Origin: Octopus bimaculoides
Lineage: Eukaryota
DNA: 32,916 nt
Reading direction: 5' to 3'
Assembly (NCBI RefSeq): GCF_001194135.2
Contig: NC_068982.1
Location: forward strand, 57,013,658 to 57,046,573
The position numbers and the translations under genes are program-made. Below are positions 26,342 through 32,916 of the stretch, one piece after another; the stretch's first letter is position 1, and each line of letters begins with the position of its first letter. The notes under the pieces are model-generated. The model saw only the letters and a program-made list of their open reading frames with translations. It was not told the DNA's origin and ran no database searches.

Positions 26342-28248
26342 GTTTCCCTAAAACTCGAGAACTACACAACCAATTTCATTCAAATTTTACACGTGCCTTA
26401 CTTAGGGTCCCGGTTGTGTTTTAGTCAAAAAAAATGTTTAACTTCTTACATAGTTCGAGCCCACAGCAACATAACATCTCCTCCACCATTTAAGTATTAC
26501 GTGTCAAAAGTGAAACAAAAACACTCATATCAAATACTTTCACTTTAAAAATGAAACTATTCCACTAACTGAAACAATCACATTTCGATACTAAAACGAC
26601 AGATACTTTCACTTTAATGGTTTCAGAGAGAGAGATGTATATATGTATACATATAGATGTATATGTACACGTATATGTACACGTATATGTACACGTATAT
26701 GTACACGTATATGTATAGATATATATAGAGATATAGATCTATATGCATACGTGTATATGTATACATATGTGTAGATGTATATATAGATGTACATGTAATA
26801 TGTACACATATATACACATATATACATGCATACAGATATCTATACATATATACACTCACACACACACACATACACACAAACGCACACATTAGTCATTTGT
26901 TTTTTTTTATCCAAAACTACGTAAAAAGTACTGAATGGATCTTTNNNNNNNNNNNNNNNNNNNNNNNNNNNNNNNNNNNNNNNNNNNNNNNNNNNNNNNN
27001 NNNNNNNNNNNNNNNNNNNNNNNNNNNNNNNNNNNNNNNNNNNNNNNNNNNNNNNNNNNNNNNNNNNNNNNNNNNNNNNNNNNNNNNNNNNNNNNNNNNN
27101 NNNNNNNNNNNNNNNNNNNNNNNNNNNNNNNNNNNNNNNNNNNNNNNNNNNNNNNNNNNNNNNNNNNNNNNNNNNNNNNNNNNNNNNNNNNNNNNNNNNN
27201 NNNNNNNNNNNNNNNNNNNNNNNNNNNNNNNNNNNNNNNNNNNNNNNNNNNNNNNNNNNNNNNNNNNNNNNNNNNNNNNNNNNNNNNNNNNNNNNNNNNN
27301 NNNNNNNNNNNNNNNNNNNNNNNNNNNNNNNNNNNNNNNNNNNNNNNNNNNNNNNNNNNNNNNNNNNNNNNNNNNNNNNNNNNNNNNNNNNNNNNNNNNN
27401 NNNNNNNNNNNNNNNNNNNNNNNNNNNNNNNNNNNNNNNNNNNNNNNNNNNNNNNNNNNNNNNNNNNNNNNNNNNNNNNNNNNNNNNNNNNNNNNNNNNN
27501 NNNNNNNNNNNNNNNNNNNNNNNNNNNNNNNNNNNNNNNNNNNNNNNNNNNNNNNNNNNNNNNNNNNNNNNNNNNNNNNNNNNNNNNNNNNNNNNNNNNN
27601 NNNNNNNNNNNNNNNNNNNNNNNNNNNNNNNNNNNNNNNNNNNNNNNNNNNNNNNNNNNNNNNNNNNNNNNNNNNNNNNNNNNNNNNNNNNNNNNNNNNN
27701 NNNNNNNNNNNNNNNNNNNNNNNNNNNNNNNNNNNNNNNNNNNNNNNNNNNNNNNNNNNNNNNNNNNNNNNNNNNNNNNNNNNNNNNNNNNNNNNNNNNN
27801 NNNNNNNNNNNNNNNNNNNNNNNNNNNNNNNNNNNNNNNNNNATCGTGATCATTCGTCTTTTGGTTTCCTGTAGCTTTACTCTCTTTTACAAACCCAGTG
27901 AACATATATATATTTCCTATTTCAAAGAAATTCAAACAATACATATTACACCCAAGTTAAAAACATTCCCAACAATTCAACTTCACCCACCCCCAATAGG
28001 GGCCTTAACTTCTACATTTTTCAGCTCCAAGAGCTCTGAAATTTTGGAATATGTGCATAAAGATTAATAGTATGGGATACATGTCTCATGATTAGAATTT
28101 TTTAGGGTGTGTAAAGAGGGAAAGAACCCTCATGTGCAATTTTGATGAAATTCGAATCATATCTATTCCAGTTCCTTACAGGAAATATAAGTGAAAATCT
28201 CATCCTTCAATTGCATGTAACACGGGTAACGCCGGGTATCTCTGCTAG
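26285..28248 (+). mobile_element. non-autonomous Helitron (spans an assembly gap)
   Basis: 5' end A|TCTATATATATAAAAATGAGAATGTG with (TCTG)n near the start. 3' end has the GC hairpin ACACGGGTAACGCCGGGT (28220-28237) shortly before CTAG|T (28245-28249). The insertion lies between host A and T with no TSD. That both ends belong to one copy is inferred across the gap at 26945-27842. Confidence 0.75.
26659..26715 (+). repeat. 12-bp minisatellite (GTATATGTACAC) x ~4.7 inside the Helitron
   Basis: Four exact units at 26659-26706 plus a partial fifth. Confidence 0.95.
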
Positions 28249-28797
28249 TCTATAATAATCTATTGATGTATTGCTAACAGATGCGGAGAACAAGAGGAAC
28301 AAAAGTAATAGAAAAGTGATTAATTAAAATATATAAGAAATCTTGTAAATGACTTTACCCAAAAGTGCTTCAGCTGAGTGTACAAGACTTAAATAGTCAT
28401 ATATCATGCAGCATCTGAAGAAAATCAAACATTCTTCTCACTAAATTCTTCATACCATACAAAATGTATATTTTGTCTTGTCAAAAAAAAATAAAATAAA
28501 GAACACAAAGAAGAAAATAATATCTATAAATATTTGGCTTCAATGAAATTCGAAATATTTTTACTTGAATCTATTAATCATGTGATGTACAACAGCACTT
28601 TGTAAACAAATAGTATTTCATACATACATACATATATACATACATACATGCATACATACATAGGTGTGTGTGTGTGTGTATTTATGTATGTATGTATGTA
28701 TGTGTATATATATTGATAGAGAGATTTAGATACAGATACACACATACACACACAGACATATATATATGCGTGTGTGTAATTATATATGTGTGAGTAT

Positions 28798-28798
<1 letters not shown>

Positions 28799-28866
<68 letters not shown>
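28799..28866 (+). repeat. (TA)n microsatellite within a wider degenerate AT/GT/GA tract (~28620-28945)
   Basis: Directly visible. Confidence 0.98.
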
Positions 28867-28872
<6 letters not shown>

Positions 28873-29264
28873 GGTATGTGTGTATGTGTGTGTGAGAGAG
28901 AGAGAAAGTGGGAGATAATGTATATACACACACACACACACACGTGTGTATCCAAGGCGGGCAGTATGATACACGGTAAGATAAAATATAAATTGTATCT
29001 CCTTTATATTTCCAACAACTCTTCAGAGCCAAATTGTTAAGTTTTTTTTTCACTTACATTAGACACAAACTTTTGGTGAGTAGAGTTTTTATTAATCTTA
29101 ATGTAGGCAGCATTTACCAGCTTACTAGAAATAAATGAGACAAAAAAAAAATATATAACATAATTAGTCAATGTCTAATATTATTCTAATTGTTTTAGAA
29201 ATAAGGCTGGAAATTACGGAGATATATTTCAGAGAGCTGGAGAAAATGTCTTGCGTAAATTGTT

Positions 29265-29420
29265 CCAGCATTTTAGATAATGAGTTCAAATTCCAACGAG
29301 TTCAGCTCTGACTGTCATACTTTCGAGACTGATAAACTAAAATACAAACCAGTACTATGGTTTGTATAATCGAAAGATACCAGTTCACAAAGAGCTGGCT
29401 TTGTGTACAAACTAGAAACA
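29265..29420 (+). mobile_element. decayed SINE family A copy
   Basis: GAGTTCAAATTCCAACGAG..TCATACTTTCGAGACTGATAAA..CAGTACT..GGCTTTGTGT matches family A. Confidence 0.5.
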
Positions 29421-29589
29421 TTTGTGACCTCAGCCATATAGTAGTGTCTTCAATGTTGTATTGATGGTAGAATCAAATGATCAATAAGTATTGTACCCTT
29501 GGGGTAATAAATGATTTAGTGTTTTAGCGATCCTCTCATCACTACTTTAGAAAATGCGATGGAGGCTGTACTTCGGGGAAAAACATGTA

Positions 29590-29815
29590 CAGGGTGCAGC
29601 AGAAAGGTTGCTCCGATTTCATAGGTTAATAAAAAACAAACAGTAAAATGCATGAAGAAACTTTGTATATTTATGAAATTCATTAAACGCCATTTTGTTT
29701 TCTGATTCAGGTAGTACCCACCATGACCTGGGGTGGAGAGCATCGTTTTTCTTGTATTATGTGTTTGTCTTTTTATTAACCTTTGAAATCGGAGCAACCT
29801 TTCTGCCGCACCCTG
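29590..29815. mobile_element. complete 226-bp Tc1/mariner-type MITE
   Basis: 46-bp terminal inverted repeats CAGGGTGC(A/G)GCAGAAAGGTTGCTCCGATTTCA(T/A)AGGTTAATAAAAA with 2 mismatches, flanked by TA at 29588-29589 and 29816-29817. Confidence 0.9.
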
Positions 29816-30094
29816 TAATAATACTGAAATATATGCGGTGTTTTTTGGTGTATTTGCCATAAATTGAAAACACTATAAGTTGTTGACTTATGTTTTTTAT
29901 TTTTCAACACATAATTAATTGTAGGTAGCACTTTTATGCAATCTTCAACAAATATCGCTATGTTTTTTAACCTTAATAGCTTGGAAGCGATCCTTGATGA
30001 TACTGATGAGCTTGACTGAGCCAAGAATTCTCAATGTAATCTGCATTTCTAGCCTCTGAAAATCCAGTGGTTTATCCGCAGTGCCAACTTCGGC

Positions 30095-30170
30095 AGGGGT
30101 CGATTTCTTCGACTAAAACCTTTTAAGGCGGTGCTCCAGCATATTAGCAGTCAAATGACTGAAACGTTTA
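30095..30170 (+). mobile_element. family D 3' fragment
   Basis: GGGGTCGATT..AAGGCGGTGCTCCAGCAT..GCAGTCAAATGACTGAAACG matches the reverse complement of 18575-18650. Confidence 0.65.
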
Positions 30171-30312
30171 GAATAATAATAATAATTATTATTATATATA
30201 TATATAAAGACCCATATATTTTATACATTAAGTCTTTCTTGGTATAGTGAATTCAAGTAATTTTTAAAATGAAATACAAATACAATTTTCATATACTTTG
30301 AATACAGAATCC

Positions 30313-30529
30313 CTAAGAGTCTTTTCTACTCTAGGCACAAGGCTCGAAATTTTGGGGTAGGGGGCCAGTCGATTAGATTGACTCCAGTACGCAACTGGTA
30401 CTTAATTTATCGACTGCAAAAGGATGAAAAGCAAAGTCAACCTCGGCAGAATTTGAACTCAGAACGTAGAGACGAAATAGCGCTAAGCATTTCGCCTAGC
30501 GTGCTAACGTGCCTGCCAGGCCGCCGCCT
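30313..30529 (-). mobile_element. tRNA-derived SINE, family A, full length with TSD
   Basis: Minus strand has the head AGGCGGCGGCCTGGCAGG and the B-box-like GAGTTCAAATTC. It is flanked by the 10-bp direct repeat TACAGAATCC (30303-30312 and 30530-30539), and several homologous copies occur in the window. Confidence 0.9.
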
Positions 30530-30924
30530 TACAGAATCCGCGAAATTCGAAGTTTGATATGTAAATTCCAACGAAGCAGAGCTGCTCTATAAATGTGAAT
30601 ATTTCTTTCCAAATCTATGAAATATTTATGGAGCATAATATTTATAACTTGTAGCTTCTCTATCCATACGGTAGATATACATATAAACCATTATTGGCGC
30701 ATTTGGCTAAGTGTTGAAATGACCATCTCGACCAGATGATACGCATTTTACAAATACTGTCGGCAAACGGAGTAGAAAAAACAATATTTCCAGAAATCTT
30801 TAAAATTTCAATATGCAGCTCTTTTTGTTATACAAACTCCAGCAATCAAGCTTTGCTTCTTCGTCGAATATCCGCTTCTTTCTTACAGAAAGAATTCAAA
30901 TAGTAATAACAATAATGATGATAA

Positions 30925-31109
30925 TTTTGTGGGAGAGAACCAGTTGATTATATAGGCCCCAGCACTTAACTAATACCTATTTAATTGATTCCTGAAAGGA
31001 TGAAAGGCAAAATAGGCCCCGGTGGAATTTGAACACAGAACGTAAAGACGGCCGAAATGCCGCTAAGGATTTTGCGCGGCGTGCTAGTGACTCTGCCAGC
31101 TCGCTGCCT
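30925..31109 (-). mobile_element. SINE family A copy
   Basis: Clear similarity to 30313-30529 (GAAAGGATGAAAGGCAAA..GGAATTTGAAC.CAGAACGTAAAGACGG..GAAATGCCGCTAAG). Confidence 0.85.
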
Positions 31110-31111
31110 CA

Positions 31112-31328
31112 ATTATCCTTTCTGCAATAGGCACAATGCCTGACATTTGTGGGAGAGGATAGCTGATTACATCGAGCCCAGAAAACAGCTGGTTCTTATT
31201 CTATCGACCCGGAAAGGATGAAAGTTTAAGTGGACTTCGGCAGAATTTAGACTCAGAACGTGAAGAAGGACGAAATGGCGTTAGGCATTTTGCCCGACGT
31301 GCTAACAATTCTTCAATCTTGCTGCCTT
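31112..31328 (-). mobile_element. SINE family A copy
   Basis: Same family motifs (TCGACCCGGAAAGGATGAAAG..CGGCAGAATTTAGACTCAGAACG..GTGCTAAC). Confidence 0.85.
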
Positions 31329-31344
31329 AATAATGATATTATTT

Positions 31345-31656
31345 ATGCGTCCTTCTAAAGCCTAGCCAGGCTCATGGGCCCGGTTTCCCGGTTTCTATGG
31401 CGTATGTGTTCCTCCTCAGGTGGACGGGACGCCAGTCCATCGCAGCGTTACTCAAGAAACAGGAAGAAAGAGTGAGAGAAAGTTGGGGCCAAAGAGTACA
31501 ACAGGGGTTGAAACCCCCCACCCCCTGCCGAAGCCTCGTGGAGCTTTTAGGTGTTTTCGCTCAATAAACACACACAAGGCCCGGTCTGGGAATCGAAACC
31601 ACGATCCTCCGACCGCGAGTCCACTGCCCTAATCACTGGGCCATTGCGCCTCCACA
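31345..31656 (-). mobile_element. tRNA-derived SINE, family C variant 1
   Basis: Minus-strand head TGTGGAGGCGCAATGGCCCAGTGATTAGGG (A box) and GGTTTCGATTCCCAGACCGGG (B box). About 108 bp of 3' tail is shared with the adjacent copy. Confidence 0.85.
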
Positions 31657-31906
31657 ATGCGCCCTTTTAAAGCCTAGCTAGGCTCATGGGCCCGGTTTCC
31701 CGGTATCAATGGCGTATATGCCCTCAGCTTGGTTGGGACGCCAGTACATCGCAGCATTACTCATTTTTGCCAGCTGAGTGGACTGGAGCAACGTGAAATG
31801 AAGTGCTTTGCTCAAGAAGACAACGCGTCACCCGGTCCAGGAATCGAAACCACAATCTTATGATCATGATGCTGACACCCTAACCAGTAAGCCACACGCC
31901 TCCACA
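31657..31906 (-). mobile_element. tRNA-derived SINE, family C variant 2
   Basis: Minus-strand head TGTGGAGGCGTGTGGCTTACTGGTTAGGG and GGTTTCGATTCCTGGACCGGG. It has a different central core but the same 3' tail as 31345-31454. Confidence 0.85.
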
Positions 31907-32916
31907 GTAATGATATAAATAATGAAATATATGCATGTGCATGGCGGTGGTGTGGTAGAAGCCAACTCACATCGTGTGCAGCTACATCATTGACATCAAT
32001 AATATTTCTTATAGACAAAAGGAACAAAGGTCACAACCTTACGTCAACCAGAGAATAGTGACTGTTACGGCATATACTACAACAACCATGAGCTCTCGCG
32101 ACTGAGGGAAGCTACTAGAAGTGTAGTAGTTCATCGTCGGAATAGACAAAGGTCACTTTTGAAACGACCGTTGTCGTTTTATAGTTCTAAGAAATTCTCG
32201 TGCGAGAACTTGATTTTAATGAATGAAGCGTGTAAAGAATTTCATTCTCTTTACAGATAGAATCTATTAATTCCCGGTAGGACAACTAGGAACTAAACGA
32301 GCTACAGGTTTTACATCAAATTATCATTTTATTAAAGAAGGAGTACGGATAATTCATTCTTAAATTAGACTCTAAGTTGGCTCATCCGGCTTCTCAAGAA
32401 TTTCTATGCCCCGGATGCACATGCTTACATTAATGCAGGCAAGCGTGCATGCGTACACATGTACATACATACGTAGATATGTACGAACAAACATACTTAC
32501 GTACATACATTCATGCATTTATACATGCCTATATAAATATATACATATATATATATATATCATTATAAATATACAGGGATTAGCAATTGAGTTGCTTCTC
32601 CAACATACTGAAAATTTAGAAATAGCAGTCAAAGAACTACTGGTTCCAAACTACAAATTTTTCTCTAAAGTGGATGGCGATATTTATGGCACACATAGAA
32701 CAGAAACCGGAGGGAAAAGCGTAAACAAACCAAGCCTTTAATTAATTGGATACGAATCGTTTCATGGTTAAGTGAATGGAAATTTCACTATTCCAATCTT
32801 CAGCCCAAATATTCCGATAAATTTGAAAGTGTCTCTAAAAAAATTCACGGTAATTTTTGGCCATGCGACACCAAAAATCAACGATAAGAAAGGCACTTAC
32901 GAATTCATCGGCTAGC

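Noticed and set aside
31560-31906. tRNA-like A/B boxes as candidate tRNA genes
   Set aside because: They are SINE heads that continue into SINE bodies; no complete cloverleaf or terminator was seen.

Overview
AT-rich, microsatellite-saturated eukaryotic genomic DNA from a short-read draft scaffold, with 12 N-gaps totalling about 5.8 kb. The SINE families resemble those I recall from octopus/coleoid cephalopod genomes; this taxon call is an inference, not a database result. No host protein-coding exon could be supported, and nearly all long ORFs in the track are artefacts of N-runs or simple repeats. The window holds: decayed non-LTR retrotransposons with a restriction-like endonuclease (RLE), namely a ~2.5 kb R4/Dong-like copy ending in (TAA)n and separate 5' and 3' pieces of a Hero-like element; an RTE 3' end; a probable non-autonomous Helitron; a complete 226-bp Tc1/mariner-type MITE; many tRNA-derived SINEs; and a full-length, degenerate U6 snRNA copy. 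I found no convincing novel biological system. The observations most worth following up are a head-to-tail dimer of two modular SINEs inside one apparent target-site duplication (TSD), the U6 copy, a perfect 24-bp hairpin at the Hero truncation point, and an unexplained perfect 29-bp inverted repeat.
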